Positions 43,021 to 57,397 of a DNA stretch of 64,000 nt are shown one piece after another; within the stretch, counting starts at the first letter, position 1; the number at the start of each line of letters is the position of its first letter. The position numbers and the translations under genes were made by a program. The DNA comes from Neocallimastix sp. 'constans'. Lineage: Eukaryota. The DNA lies in assembly GCA_050613775.1 (NCBI GenBank), contig JBODTK010000001.1, positions 1,178,001 to 1,242,000 of the forward strand, given 5' to 3'. The notes beneath the pieces were generated by a model. That model searched no databases. It was not told where the DNA came from and worked only from the letters and a program-made list of their open reading frames with translations.

Positions 43021-46000
43021 AATATTTTATAATAAAAAAATAATTGATTATAATAATGGTAAAAATAAAAATAGTAATAATAACGAAAAGAATAAATAGC
43101 AATAAATAATAATAATAATAATAATAATAACTTTTGATTATATTTTTTATAATAAATTATTATTTTAAAAATTTTAGTAGAATTCAAGAAATAAAGGACA
43201 TTTTGTCATTAAAAGATCAAAAATAAATGACATTTTCTGAATTACTTTATATCAGAATATCTCATCTAATGACGATATTAACAATAATTATTAAAAAAGA
43301 TACATGTTGGTAAATAAATAATTAATATTATTGTGATTTATAAAAAAAGTATTAAAAAATAACAGAAGGTCTAATCTTATACTAAAATATTAGATTTTTT
43401 TATAGTGGTAAATAAATTTTTTTTTAAAAAAATATAATACAAATTAATAAATAATATATATCACATTGGATTAATTATTAAATAACATTAGCTCTATATA
43501 ATAATAACTTATCTGAAATAACCAAAATCTTTAGGTCTTGATATAAAAGTCTTTGCATGCATAGAATATAGTAAATAAAAAAAAAAAAGTTAATATATTT
43601 AGTACATTAAAGCAAATATTAATCTATAAGCAATTCAACTTTATTAATATTAATATTTATATAATTTAAAAAAAAATAATCATATAAAAAAAAATAATCA
43701 TATAAAAAAAAATAAAAAATAATCATATAAAAAAAAATAAATTTTATTATTATTAATAAATAAATAATTTATACAGAAAAATTTTTTCTTCCTTTTATAG
43801 AAATGAATATAAATAATTAATATATAATAATAGAGTTTTAATATATAATATAATATATTAAAGATAATTTTGTTTTAAATAAAATAAGCATTAATTTTAA
43901 TTATAAGTTAAAAAAAAAAAAAAAAAAAAAAAAACAGAAATATCAATGATACAATATATTATTAATTTAATAATTATAAAAAGTATTCCTTTTCAGGTAA
44001 TTACTTAATTATTATTATGTCAAAATATAAAAGATTATCCATATTAATATTTTATTTATTATTATTTATTATTTATTATTATTATTATTATTTATTATTT
44101 ATGATTTATGATTTATTATTTATTATTTATTGTTTATTATCTTATTATTATTATTATTTATGTTATTATGATTATGATTATGATTATGAATTATGATTAT
44201 TATTTAATAATATTAATATTTATTATTTATTATTCATTATTTACTTATTTACTTATTTATTATTTATTATTAAAACTTCAATTCATTATTATTAATATTA
44301 TAGATTTAATTACTTAAAATTATTCCAAATAATAAAACATTATATTTTGAAAATATTAAATAAAAGAAAAAAGATAGTAATTAGAATAATTAGATAGACT
44401 TAATAATTATTCTATCTTTTTGTATTTATTAATAACTGATAATTAAAAACAAAATTTGTATATTATTAATGATAATTAATAGTTAAGTATCAAATTTAAT
44501 AATAAAAAATAATTAATTTTAATATAAAGGTTGATAATAATTAATATTAATAATACTACTAATTATCATTTGTTAATAACTGCTCAACTAATTGAATATT
44601 GTTAGAAACTATCTTTTTTTTTTTTTTTTAATATAAATTAGTTATTAATTAGTTCATTTTTAACTTTTTATAGTCTTTTTACTATTAAAATTTATCTATC
44701 AAATAAATTTATATTATACATTCATTTTTTTTTTAGACAGGGAAGAGAATACACTTCCATAATTATACATTCATTATAGTTCTTTTTTAAAATAAATATT
44801 TGATATTTATTTATATGTACTCTTTCTTTCTTTATTTATTTATTTATATATTTTATTTTAAACTAATAATAATTAAATAAAACAATATTCTTCTAATTGT
44901 TATGGACTTCATATTTAAAAAAAATTGATTACCTTAAAACTAATTCATATATTATAATATATTATAATATATAATATATTTAAATTTAATTAAAAATTAA
45001 GATAAAAATAAAAAAAAAATTAAACTCTCAAAACTTTAAAAGATATATAAATTGATACTGTTAAATTATTGGCTAAAAAAATAAAAATAAATATAAAAAA
45101 AACTTTAAAAAAATTTTATTCTAATTATATATACTATATATTAGAATATAAATAGATATATCTAAAATTATAACAGAGAAGATAAAAAATTTAAATAAAA
45201 TAAAAAAAAAAAAAAGAGAGACCTCGAGTAAAAAAAATAAAAATAAAAAAAGAAAGAGAAAAACTGAAAAGAAATTATATTTAATATGTAATAATTATTC
45301 TATCAATAAAGGTATTTATTATTTTTTATGTTCCTTTTTTCGTTTCATTATAAATCCTTAATATATTCAAATAATTTTACTGAATCCTAAATATGAAAAA
45401 AAATTATATGATTAAATGAATGAAATCTTTACTTTATTATCAATTTCCATAAGTTAAAACAGATTAAGCCTTTTTTTTTTTTAATTAATAATTTGTAAAA
45501 ATAAAAAATTATATATTATAATTTATTATAATATATTTATATATTTATTTTATTATTTTAAAAATAAAGTATGTATATAACTGATAATAGTTAAAATATG
45601 AATTCTTTAATATATTTAATATATTAATTCTATTTATTATTTATTATTTATTATTCATTATTTATTATTTATTATTTATTATTTATTATTTATTATTTAT
45701 TATTCAATTATTTATTATTTATTATTTATTATTTATTTTTTATTATTTATTATTTATTATTTATTTTTTATTATTCATTATTCATTATTCATTATTCATT
45801 ATTCATTATTTATTATTTATTATTTATTATTTATTATTTTTGAACAAATAATTAACTTTCCTGGTGGTTAGTACTTATAGGTTAACGCATTTAATGTTTC
45901 AGGATTGACACAGAGTATGCCTTCTTAATTTATATGGATTATTTTCTCCCGAACCTAAGTTTTCCCTATAAATAAAGTTAGAAGTTCGCTCACCATGGTA

Positions 46001-46939
46001 AGTACACATTATTTCGGACTATACTCAGTCTTGATGAAAAGTATGGAAGTCTCCTAAATTTAGTTCAAGCCACATTTTCACACATATAACATAATTTATA
46101 TAACAGATGAGTATCAGTGCTACACTTGCTTTGAAATTAAGAAATGAGGGTCGACGTGGAACTTGTACTGGTATAGTCAATTAGAAACTACTGTGGCTGT
46201 ATAATATATTATATATGCTTGTGGTGACCCATATATATTGAATACTACACGGTACTAAGTTTTACTCACAATATATATAAATATATATATGATATTATAT
46301 AAACGAAGTGCGCCGTATATATATGTAGATATATACAAAAGTCTATAAAAAAAATTGAACATGAACGGTAGTTTAATGTTTTATTTTTTTTTTTTTTTTT
46401 AACTAATTAGGAAAATGAAATAAATAAATAAACTTTGATATTCTATAAATTTTTTTCCTTTTTTATAATATAGATAACTCATATATTAGAATTAATTTAT
46501 AAAGCTTATTAATTTTTTTTATTTCCACCAAGAATAATAATAACAATAATAGTGATGATAAAATAAAAAAAAAAAAAAAACAGTTCTGAAGTTTCAAGTT
46601 TAGTGGAAAGAAAAACTTTGCATTAACCAATAAAAATCTTCCATTTAAAAAAAGTTTGATATAAGAAAGTTAAAACATTAGAAAAACTAGGAATTGCCGT
46701 TACATTACATTACCCTAAATTTGGTTATTACATTTCAATATTACGTATACATTTTGTTGTTTTGATTCCATTATGTACAATCCATGTTTAGAAAATTAAT
46801 TAATTCATAAATATTTCTATCCTTTTAATTATTCTGAGTTAAAAAAAAAATTAAAATAAAATATTTAATTATATATTTTAATATTTCCTTTTATGTTAAA
46901 TTAATTATTATATTAAAAATAAAATTTTGAAATAATAAT

Positions 46940-47085
46940 TATAACAAAATATTAATTATAAAAAAAATATTAATAATAAAAAAATATTAATTATAAAAAA
47001 ATATTAATTATAAAAAAATATTAATTATAAAAAAATATTAATAATCAAAACAAACATATTAATTATAAAAAACTATTAATTATTA
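46940..47085. repeat. 17-bp tandem repeat (TTATAAAAAAATATTAA), ~8 copies
   Basis: A 17-bp period is visible across 46960-47045, with degenerate copies on both sides. Confidence 0.8.
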
Positions 47086-47850
47086 AGAAATTTATAAATT
47101 TTCATTAATAAAATAGCATCATTAAAAAAAAAATAATATATATATATTTTTTTAATAATAAAATTAAAATATGAATACTATTTTATTAAATAATTTAAAT
47201 ATAATTTATTGCTTTTTTATTCAAATTGAAGAATAAAATACAAATTAATATATAACTTTAAAATTTATTGCAAACTCTAAATGACTTCTATTCTTATTTT
47301 TTTAATATATAATAAAAATGATCATAAAGTCAATTATTAATAAATAATAATAAAATAAAATTAAAAAATTTAAAATCAAAAGCCGATTATTAACATTATT
47401 AACTATATTACAATGACATGACAATTAATTTTTATTTTTATCATAGGAACTATTAATTCCTTAACTGAAAAAGAAATTAATTTACTATTATTCTGTATAT
47501 TTAATTGATTCAATGATACAAATAAAATATAATAAAGGTAACAATTTAATTTATTATATTTAAAAAAAAAAAAAACTTGTTAAATTTTTATTAAATATAT
47601 ATATGATATGAAAAAAGAAAATAATAATTATATTTTGATCCAAAAAAAAAAAAAAGGATTATTATTTCTAGTAAATTAAAAATTATTTTACCACCAGTTA
47701 TTTAAGATTAGCAATATGATTTCATTAAATGAGACCTGAAATCATTTAAAATATATTAAAATACATATTCATTCCATAAATTTATAATATTCTTAAAAAT
47801 TTATTTTTTTATTAACAAATATATAAAAATACTTTTGTGACATTAAAATA

Positions 47851-47881
<31 letters not shown>

Positions 47882-47973
47882 TAATTAAAATAATAGAAAT
47901 AATAAAAAATTTAAATTAAACTTTTTTAATTTATGAATTGATAAGACTCACAATTATTTTGATTTCTTTGATT

Positions 47974-48020
<47 letters not shown>

Positions 48021-48567
48021 AAACTAAAATAAAGAATTATTATAATGATAAAAAAATATAATTAAATTATATTATTTATTTAATATTTTTTTTTTTTTTT
48101 TTTTTTTTTTGAATTCAATAAAACATTTATTATTTTTATTGTTCTACATATTATATTATTTATTATTTTTATTGTTCTACATATTATATTATTTATTATT
48201 TTTACAATATTATTTTAAATATGTAGTGTATATAATAAATGATTCATCGAACTTATTTAAATAAAAAAGAATAATTATCGATCTAAAGCAAACTATAATT
48301 GATAATCCTAATTAAGATATAATGTAAAAAAAAAATTTAATTATTTCATTCCATAAATATTTTTAATTATAGCTATTAATAAAGTATAAGAACTTTAAAT
48401 ATTATATAGATGTGACGATTTCATACATATTAGCAAATTATATAGTATATTATGATAATTTATCATAATAAAGTATAAGTCACATTAATAACCTAATTAA
48501 TAAGTTAAATTATCATGTTTTAAATGAAATCATTCATGAACGTTCTTTCATCCTTATTAATTTTGAT

Positions 48568-48619
<52 letters not shown>

Positions 48620-48796
48620 TATATTTGTTCTGTTGTTTATTTGTTCTTTTTTTTCATTTATACTTTTGTAAATTTGTTTCGTTAGTTCGTTTCTTTAATT
48701 TTTGTTCTTTAGTTGATTTTTTCATAAAATTTACCTCTACCTATGTTTTTCATTCACTTATCATGATATTGTTATTATTCTTTCTTCTTCTTCTTC

Positions 48797-48854
<58 letters not shown>

Positions 48855-48999
48855 AGTTATTACTATTATTATTAAAGTTATTATTATTAGTATTACTGTT
48901 ATTAAATATGTATATTTTATCAATATTCATTTTCTTTATCGTTTACATTTTTATTTTTATTCTCACTAACAAGTATACAACTTTATTCATAACTCTTAA

Positions 49000-50490
49000 C
49001 CCTTTCTCTATTGACGAAGGTTTCCTTCAATAATGATTCTCAACATGAAAGGTCTAGATTTAAAAAGATTCTCTAGATCTACTTATTCTCTTCTTTCTAA
49101 TTTCCAATAACATGAAAGATTAAGTAGGTAATGTCCTTTTTATTTTTAGAAAATTAACTCAATCAGTTTGATAAATATTACGAAGAACTTGTTTCTGATA
49201 TCAGTAAGAGGTCTCGTCACAATCTTGATAAGAATTATTAGAGAGATATATTTAGATAATTTTTCTTCCTCAACAGAAACTTTTATATATTAATCAAGCC
49301 AATAATCAATGATAGAAATAAATTTCACACTATTCTTTTAATGAAAAAATAAAATAATTAGGTATTAGGGTACTCCTTCTATGCTATATGCTCCATGATG
49401 GCTCTAATATCACATCAACTATGCTCCTTACACCTAGTTAGTTAATACATGTAAAATTTTTCAATTTAATTTTTTTAATTTTATTAATTTTTTTTTTTTT
49501 TATTTTTTTTTTTTTTTTGATACTAAGAATACTACCTCATTAAAATAGGTAGAATCTAATCAAAATTAAATACTTTTTCCTATTGGACGATTGGGCATAA
49601 AAAATTTTTTTTGTTCTATTTATTCATTTTTTATTAAAAATTTGAGATGATGATTTCTATGATGAATGAAACTCTCTACTCAGCTTCTTTATTGTTTCTC
49701 TTCATTCCTATGAAAGAAGACCTTTTATATTGTAATATTTATTGTGGTGGTATTTCACTCAGTAAATGTAAGACTGAAAAAAAAAAAATTCAGAATATAC
49801 AGAAATTAAATATAAGGATAAACACCCTTAAAACAATTGGAAAAAAAAAAATTTTTTTTAATGGAATATGACTTTTATACAGAAATACAAGAGATTATAT
49901 CAGGAAAATATACGAGGTTCAAGTTTGGTTTTAAAAAAAATATATAATTACTTATCATTTTAATTTATTTACAATTTCTTTTTTTTTTTTTTTTTTAATG
50001 GTTTGGCATTCTATGTTCAAATTTAAATTTGATGTGAAGATTTACATTAAGATTATTTTTATGTCAATAGAATATATAACATGCTGTCGTTGTTGTGATG
50101 ATAGTAACGACGTATCTAGTATTATATATTAGATACTTTTATATCTTAAATTTGACAAATTTAGACAATAATTCATTCAATTTATTGATGAAAAAATTTT
50201 TATTATTATTTATTTTTCTCTGATTGTTCATGAGAAATTTCTGAACATTCCTTTTAATTAAAGAATGATTTTGAAGAATAATACTAAATTTTTTATAAAG
50301 TACTGTATCTCTTTCTTGGGGAATAGTCAGTATTTAAAAACTCTTTTTTTTTTTTTTATATCGATCAATTCGTGTAACATTGAACTTTCCATTGTCAAGA
50401 GAGACAACATCTAAACAATAAAGCAAAGAAGATATTTTGATACAGATTCGAATGATAGTATTAGTTCACAAGGAGTTATTAATCCAAGAT
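49000..50490 (+). mobile_element. Highly decayed, internally deleted LINE relic
   Basis: SASLLFLFIPMKEDLLYCNIYCGGISL (~49680-49760) resembles the LINE RT entry motif 'IPKKGDL..C.NYRGISL'. Downstream lie CCRCC (~50080, zinc-knuckle-like) and an FLLG-like patch (~50310), in the order expected for ORF2. Boundaries are approximate. Confidence 0.55.
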
Positions 50491-50582
50491 ATATATATAT
50501 ATAAATTAAAGAAAAATGAAATATAGTTTAAAAGAAAAATAAAGACTTCAAGTTGAGAAAATATATAAATATTTAATTTTTA

Positions 50583-50770
<188 letters not shown>

Positions 50771-51002
50771 TTTAACGGAATAAAAAAAAAAAAAGTCAAC
50801 TTGATTTCCTGTATTTAAATGATTTTAATTTTTTCATTAAGCATTATTTAAGTTTACGAATAAATTATATTTATCTAAGTAGCATTAAATCATAATAGTT
50901 TTAATGGATTTTAATTATATTCATTTTGATTAAAAATAAATTATCAATGTCTCATTTTATTATAATTAAATCATTTTTTAATTTTTTAATTTTTAATTTT
51001 TT

Positions 51003-51042
<40 letters not shown>

Positions 51043-51665
51043 ATAATATTAATGAGAGTAAACAAAACAAATAAGCTAAAAATATTTATTGAATTTTACA
51101 TTTAAATATATATATATATATTCATAGTAAATAACTTTTTATTTCTAATAATTTAATTATATTAACACTTTATAATTATATCAAGAATTATAAAACCAAT
51201 AATTTTTTTTATTATTAATTATTAATTATTTTTAAATTTTTTATTTTATATTATTATATATAGTTATATATAAGCAATATAATCTGTTAAAAAAAAAAAA
51301 AAAACCTATATTTTTGAAATTTTTATATTTTTTATTATTTTTTCATAAATAATATTTAAATTTTTAATTATATTATTACACATTTTTTTAATATATAATT
51401 AATAATTAATTATTATTTTTACTATATTTCCTAAAAATGGATTTTAAAAATATCTCTTTAATTCAGAAAATATATAATTATTAATTATTAATTTTTATTT
51501 TTATTTTTTTTTATTTTTATTTTTTTTTATTTTTTTTTAAATTTATAAAATCTTTTTTTCTTTTATATATATATATATATATTAATAATAATAATAAATA
51601 AAGTAAAAAAAAAAAAAATTTTAATACATAGATAAATAAAATAGTTTTTATTAATTAATTATAAT

Positions 51666-53675
51666 TTAACTCCAAATCTTGGAACAAACTTCTTGGATTC
51701 TATTACATTCTTGACTTTGACTTTCAGAGTATGGCTTAGCCCAACACTCTCTAGCTTCACTGTAACACTTTTCGGACATCTTATTCTTACAGTCCCAGTC
51801 ATCTGAACCACAGCTTGTGTAATCACTACTTCCTGTGTTTGAAGATTGAGTGGGTTGGGCATTACCATTGTTTGGAAGGGTCTTGGCACTACCACCTGAA
51901 GAAGCTGGAAGGGTCTTAGTATTACCAGTGTTTGGAAGAGTCTTAGCACTACCACCTGAAGAAGCTGGAAGGGTCTTAGCATTACCAGTGTTTGGAAGGG
52001 TCTTAGCACTACCACCTGAAGTAACTGGAAGAGTCTTGGCACCACCACCTGAAGTAACTGGAAGGGTCTTAGCATTACCAGTGTTTGGAAGTGTCTTAGC
52101 ATTACCACCTGAAGTAACTGGAAGTGTCTTAGCACTACCACCTGAAGTAACTGGAAGTGTCTTAGCACTACCACCTGAAGAAGCTGGAAGGGTCTTGGTA
52201 TTATCAGTGTTTGGAAGAGTCTTAGCATTACCACCTGAGGAAGCTGGAAGGGTCTTGGTATTACCAGTGTTTGGAAGAGTCTTAGCACTACCACCTGAAG
52301 TAACTGGAAGGGTCTTAGCATTACCAGTGTTTGGAAGAGTCTTAGCATTACCAGTGTTTGGAAGAGTCTTAGCATTACCAGTGTTTGGAAGTGTCTTAGC
52401 ATTACCAGTGTTTGGAAGTGTCTTAGCACTACCACCTGAAGAAGCTGGAAGGGTCTTAGCATTACCAGTGTTTGGAAGTGTCTTAACATTACCACCTGAA
52501 GAAGCTGGAAGGGTCTTAGCATTACCAGTGTTTGGAAGAGTCTTTGCATTACCACCTGAAGTAACTGGAAGGGTCTTAGCGTTACCAGAAGAAGCAGAGT
52601 TCACTGGAAGAGTTTTAGAATTACCAGAAGAAGCAGAGTTCACTGGAAGAGTCTTTGAACTACCAGTGTTTGGAAGAGTCTTAGCATTACCACCTGTGGA
52701 AGCTGGAAGTGTTTTGGCATTACCACCTGAAGAAGCTGGAAGGGTCTTGGTATTACCAGTGTTTGGAAGTGTCTTAGCATTACCACCTGAAGAAACTGGA
52801 AGGGTCTTGGTATTACCAGTGTTAGGAAGAGTCTTGGCATTACCACCTGAAGAAGCTGGAAGGGTCTTGGTATTACCAGTGTTTGGAAGTGTCTTAGCAT
52901 TACCACCTGAAGAAACTGGAAGGGTCTTGGTATTACCAGTGTTAGGAAGAGTCTTGGCATTACCACCTGAAGAAGCTGGAAGGGTCTTGGTATTACCAGT
53001 GTTAGGAAGAGTCTTGGCATTACCACCTGTGGAAGCTGGAAGTGTCTTTGCACTACCACCTGAGGAAACTGGAAGGGTTTTAGTATTACCAGTGTTTGGA
53101 AGTGTCTTAGCATTACCACCTGAAGAAACTGGAAGGGTCTTTGTATTACCAGTGTTTGGAAGTGTCTTAGCATTACCACCTGAAGAAACTGGAAGGGTCT
53201 TTGTATTACCAGTGTTTGGAAGAGTCTTAGCATTACCACCTGAAGAAACTGGAAGGGTCTTGGTATTACCAGTGTTTGGAAGTGTCTTAGCATTACCACC
53301 TGAAGAAACTGGAAGGGTCTTAGAATTACCTGTGTTTGGAAGTGTCTTAGCATTACCACCTGAAGAAGCTGGAAGGGTCTTAGAATTACCTGTGTTTGAA
53401 GGAGTATTATCATTACCACCTGAAGAACCTCCACCTTGAGCAGGATTACCATTGTAAGTCCATATTTCACTACATAAATTGTTTAAAGCAGTACATTCTT
53501 GTTGAACAGATTCACTGTATGGTTTTTGCCAGCACTCATTAGCAGCTTGTTGACATTTTGAAGCTTGTTCTTGTTTACAAGAATAATCATCACTACCACA
53601 AACAAGATATGGGTTATCAGCTTTCGCTAAACCAGCAATTAATACCAAAGCAGAACAAAAGATCAGAGATTTCAT
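51666..53675 (-). CDS. Secreted non-catalytic repeat protein A (669 aa): signal peptide, 6-Cys module, ~50 KTLP repeats, 6-Cys module
   Basis: Single uninterrupted ORF with an A-rich start context and a hydrophobic signal peptide ending in A-K-A. Modules at ~53600-53460 and ~51812-51672 follow C-x6-C-x7-C-x6-CW-x11-C-x6-C-x2-IW. The spacer mostly alternates 9-aa (AKTLPNTGN) and 11-aa (TKTLPVSSGGN) units. Confidence 0.92.
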   Translation of the reverse strand: MKSLIFCSALVLIAGLAKADNPYLVCGSDDYSCKQEQASKCQQAANECWQKPYSESVQQECTALNNLCSEIWTYNGNPAQGGGSSGGNDNTPSNTGNSKTLPASSGGNAKTLPNTGNSKTLPVSSGGNAKTLPNTGNTKTLPVSSGGNAKTLPNTGNTKTLPVSSGGNAKTLPNTGNTKTLPVSSGGNAKTLPNTGNTKTLPVSSGGSAKTLPASTGGNAKTLPNTGNTKTLPASSGGNAKTLPNTGNTKTLPVSSGGNAKTLPNTGNTKTLPASSGGNAKTLPNTGNTKTLPVSSGGNAKTLPNTGNTKTLPASSGGNAKTLPASTGGNAKTLPNTGSSKTLPVNSASSGNSKTLPVNSASSGNAKTLPVTSGGNAKTLPNTGNAKTLPASSGGNVKTLPNTGNAKTLPASSGGSAKTLPNTGNAKTLPNTGNAKTLPNTGNAKTLPNTGNAKTLPVTSGGSAKTLPNTGNTKTLPASSGGNAKTLPNTDNTKTLPASSGGSAKTLPVTSGGSAKTLPVTSGGNAKTLPNTGNAKTLPVTSGGGAKTLPVTSGGSAKTLPNTGNAKTLPASSGGSAKTLPNTGNTKTLPASSGGSAKTLPNNGNAQPTQSSNTGSSDYTSCGSDDWDCKNKMSEKCYSEARECWAKPYSESQSQECNRIQEVCSKIWS

Positions 53676-53860
53676 TTTTTTTTTTTTTTTATCTTTTGAT
53701 TAACAAAAAATAAATTTATAATGATTGGGTTTTTAATTAATATTTTTCTTTTTAAATTATTTTACAATAAGATTATTATTTCACTTTTTTTAACAAATTA
53801 AAAAAAAAAAAATAAGATTTTGTTTTTTATTTATTCTATTTTTTAATTAATTTAATATCA

Positions 53861-53871
53861 CCAGACTTGCT
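53861..53871 (-). promoter_or_regulatory. Candidate cis-element AGCAAGTCTGG upstream of repeat protein A
   Basis: An identical 11-mer lies 186 bp upstream of this ATG and 158 bp upstream of the paralog's ATG, in otherwise nearly GC-free DNA. Confidence 0.55.
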
Positions 53872-56240
53872 TGGTGTACTCGATTAATCTTGAATTTTAT
53901 TAAAAATCCAAAATAAAAAAAAAATTGGATATTTATTAATAAATATTTGGATATTTTTTTTTTTTTTAAGAAAATTTCTTCCATTTTATAAAAATTTTGA
54001 TCTATTATTTTACAATGTTTAAATTTTATATCATACGAATAAATGTTATAAATTATAGGCATTTATTTAATTAATAAAAAAATTTTCAATAAATTTTAAA
54101 TATTAACAAAAATTAAAATAGATTAATTTATATAATTATTTTAATTTAAAATATAGTGGATCAATAAATTATATATTTATAATTAATTTCTTAATGATGA
54201 AAAATTTTTATTAAATATAATTTTTAATATATTACATGAATTTTATATTTTATTTTATTTTATTTTATTTTTTTTTTTTTTTATTTTTTTTTTTATACTA
54301 GATAAATAAAATTATTATTATTATAATTAATATTAATATTAATATAATAATTGTTTTAATAATAATTACATGAAGTAAAATTTTGATTGCTACAATGAAA
54401 AATTATTATTATGATTATTATTAATAATAATAATTATGAAAATTTTAATATAAATATTGAAATATTGTATTATTTATTTAATTATAATGGATAATTTCAT
54501 TTTAATAATAATAATAATAATAATTTAAATAATAAAAATTTCAACATAAATAGGAAATTGAATTAATAATTAATTTTTATCAATATATAAAACCATTATT
54601 TTAATAAATTTAACCTAAAAAATTATATATATGAAATGTAAATGTAAATAATCAAAAATAATTACGAAAAGTTAGGTATGTAAAAACCAAAAAAAATTTT
54701 ATGTTGAAATGTGTAATGAAAATATGATATATATGAAATTTTTTTTTAACATAAAAATGTTAATAGCAATTATTTCAAAAAAAAAAAAAAATAATAATAA
54801 AATATAATAAAAAGAAATATAATTAAATATAATAAAGTAAAACGTTATAAAATATAGTAAAAATAAATAAAAATAAAAATAAAAAATAAAAAAATAAAAA
54901 ATAAAAGATAAAAAATAAAAAGTAAAAAATAAAAAATAAAATAAATATTAAATAAAAATAAAAATAAAAATAAAAAAAAAAAATAAAAATTAAAATATTC
55001 AATTATCATTTATTGTTTATTATTAAAAAAGTTTAATTTATATAATTTTTATAATATATATAATGTGTACCATAGACAATTTTGTTAAATACAATGATAT
55101 AATTGAATATTCATTTCTTGGATTAATATTTGAATGGTATACAAATAATTAGTATTTATTTATGTAATAAATAATATTATATATACATATATTTTTGAAA
55201 GATTAAAAATAAATATATGTATATATAATATATTGAATTTTTAATTATGTTTTGAAATAAAAAATAATTTAATCTCCTCATTTATAATAATTAATAAGAT
55301 TTATATTTTTTAACTCTTAATATTTATCATTATTCAAAAGATATATCTAAATCTACTTATTCCATTTATATTAAAAATGAAAGGAAATAGAGTTAAAAAA
55401 AAAAAAAATTAAATTATGATATTATAAAAAATAATAGTAATAAATATTTATATATTTAATTATGTTTTTATTAAGAAATTTAAAAATATATTTTAATTAT
55501 TATGCTCATAATATTATTAATTAATAAAAAATTTTCAAAATTTAGAAATGAAAAATTCAAAAATCTATTTATAACAATAATACTACTAATATAAATCGTA
55601 ATAATAACTTCAAAATTAAAAAAAAAAAATTAATTTTTGTTGTTAAATGAACAATTCATTAATTATTGAAAATTAAAAAAAAAAAATTGAAAATCATCCC
55701 AACAATACTAATTAAACTATGAGACAATTCAACGGTACAAATTTAAAATATACTTTTTTTTTTTTCCAACTTTTTATTTATTCTTATAATATCTAAATAA
55801 TATAATAATATAAAATAATTGATAAAAAAAATTATATGCTATCTTTATAATATTAAAAATATAATAAATACATAATAATTAAAACTAAGAAACTGTTTAT
55901 TTAACAAGGAATAATTAAGTTTTTGAAATATAGTATTTTACAGGTTATGTTACATTTATTTTATATTCCAATTACTTGATACAGTATCAAATTGTATTGT
56001 TTTAAAAAGCAATTTTTATATATATTATGAAATTATCAATTTATAGATTTAATTAAATTTTATATTTATATTATTATGTAGTTGTATTATTAAATACTTA
56101 GTTTTTGTAATTTCATATTTTTAATTTTTAATAATAGTTTTTTAACTGTAATGAAAATAATTTAAAATGATATGAAATGATAAATATAAAAAGTAATAGT
56201 TATATTTAATTTTTATGAAAATATGTATTAAAATTTGGTC

Positions 56241-56540
56241 TTTTTTTTTTTTTGAAGAAGAAGAAGAGTCTAACACTTTTCATCACTAATTCACCAGCTT
56301 CTCCGAAGTAAATAGTATTCTTAAGATCAAAGAAACAAAATCTTACTTTAAAGATACCGAGACTCTGTTTTTGACTACATTCCCACCCAGAAGAGATATT
56401 ATTAATATAAAAAAACTTTAAATTTCAAGTCCGTTATTAGATATTATTCTCTTATCTGTAACCTTAACTTTCGAATCCTTACCAAAATTTCTATCTTTCT
56501 TATTTTCATATCAGATGGGGACACATGTATAAACAAATTT
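56241..56540 (-). mobile_element. Possible short LINE 3'-end relic
   Basis: GC-enriched patch. The minus strand gives ISLLGGNVV, similar to the FLLG-like patches of the other relics, and ends at an A-run (56241-56253). Confidence 0.3.
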
Positions 56541-57397
56541 CTTACAATTTTTCTTTAAAAGAAAAAAAGTTAAATAGGTAAAAAGTATATAAATGAAGAA
56601 TGTGAAAATTTGTTAATATAGACAGTCAAGAATTTTTTATAAACATAAAAATTAAAATTTATTTTATTCACAAATTATTGTCTCATAATTAATTCTTCAT
56701 TATTAAATTTTTAAAAGGATAAAAAAATATAAAAAATAAAATAAAAATGTCATAAAACTATTAAATTAATGAAAATAAACAATTAGCTTTAATAATTAAA
56801 ATATATATAAATCATTAATTTTTTTTTTTTGTTTAAAAAAATAATTCATTCATTATTATCTTCCCTCTAAATCTATATTTCACTTTAATTTAAAAGAATA
56901 TCAAAGCATCTTTAAAAAAACAAATATACTTTCTTATTGATTTTTTTTGTTTTTTTATTTATTGGTTTATTTTGAATTTATTTCGATTAATTTAACTTCT
57001 TATTTTTTATATATAAATTTCTTTTATATTTATTTTATAATTTTTATTTATTTATTTCTTTTTTTTTTTTAATTTATTAAATTATAACTAAATATTAATT
57101 TAATTATGCTTTATCAATATAAAAATTGAACGCTATATTAAATTTAAAAGCTACATTTTAGATACTAGAAATTTTATTTTTTTAATTTTAATATAAAATA
57201 AATCTTTAATGAAATAAATTATATTTTATTCCTTTTTTTTTTTTTTTGATAATGTTATTTTGTTGTTTTATTTTATTATTTCTTTAATTTATACAATTAC
57301 AAAATTTTTAAAAAAATAATTGTTTTGTATAAATCTTACTTCAAAAAAATAATTATTATTATGATTATTAATTAATTATTAATTTATATTATTCTAT

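Noticed and set aside
42554..43187. 182- and 202-aa hydrophobic FIIYYLL-repeat ORFs
   Set aside because: Translations of the 7-bp satellite. The other F/I/Y/K-rich short ORFs (e.g. 39-278, 1286-1534, 38762-39088, 63128-63367) are rejected for the same low-complexity reason.
46005..46060. Minus-strand GAGACT...ATAGTCC resembling group I intron R/S (P7) elements, an ACTTACC U1-like word nearby, and GTGCG at ~46308
   Set aside because: P7 pairing is imperfect. I found no P3/P4/P6 core, no group II domain V and no U1 body. Short matches are insufficient.
51850..53439. 529-aa + strand ORF (VLALPPEEAGR repeats), plus the alternative-frame minus ORFs 51659-52555 and 52640-53470
   Set aside because: Shadows of the repeat in protein A. 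They are confined almost entirely to the repeat, and one stop-free unit makes the whole array stop-free.
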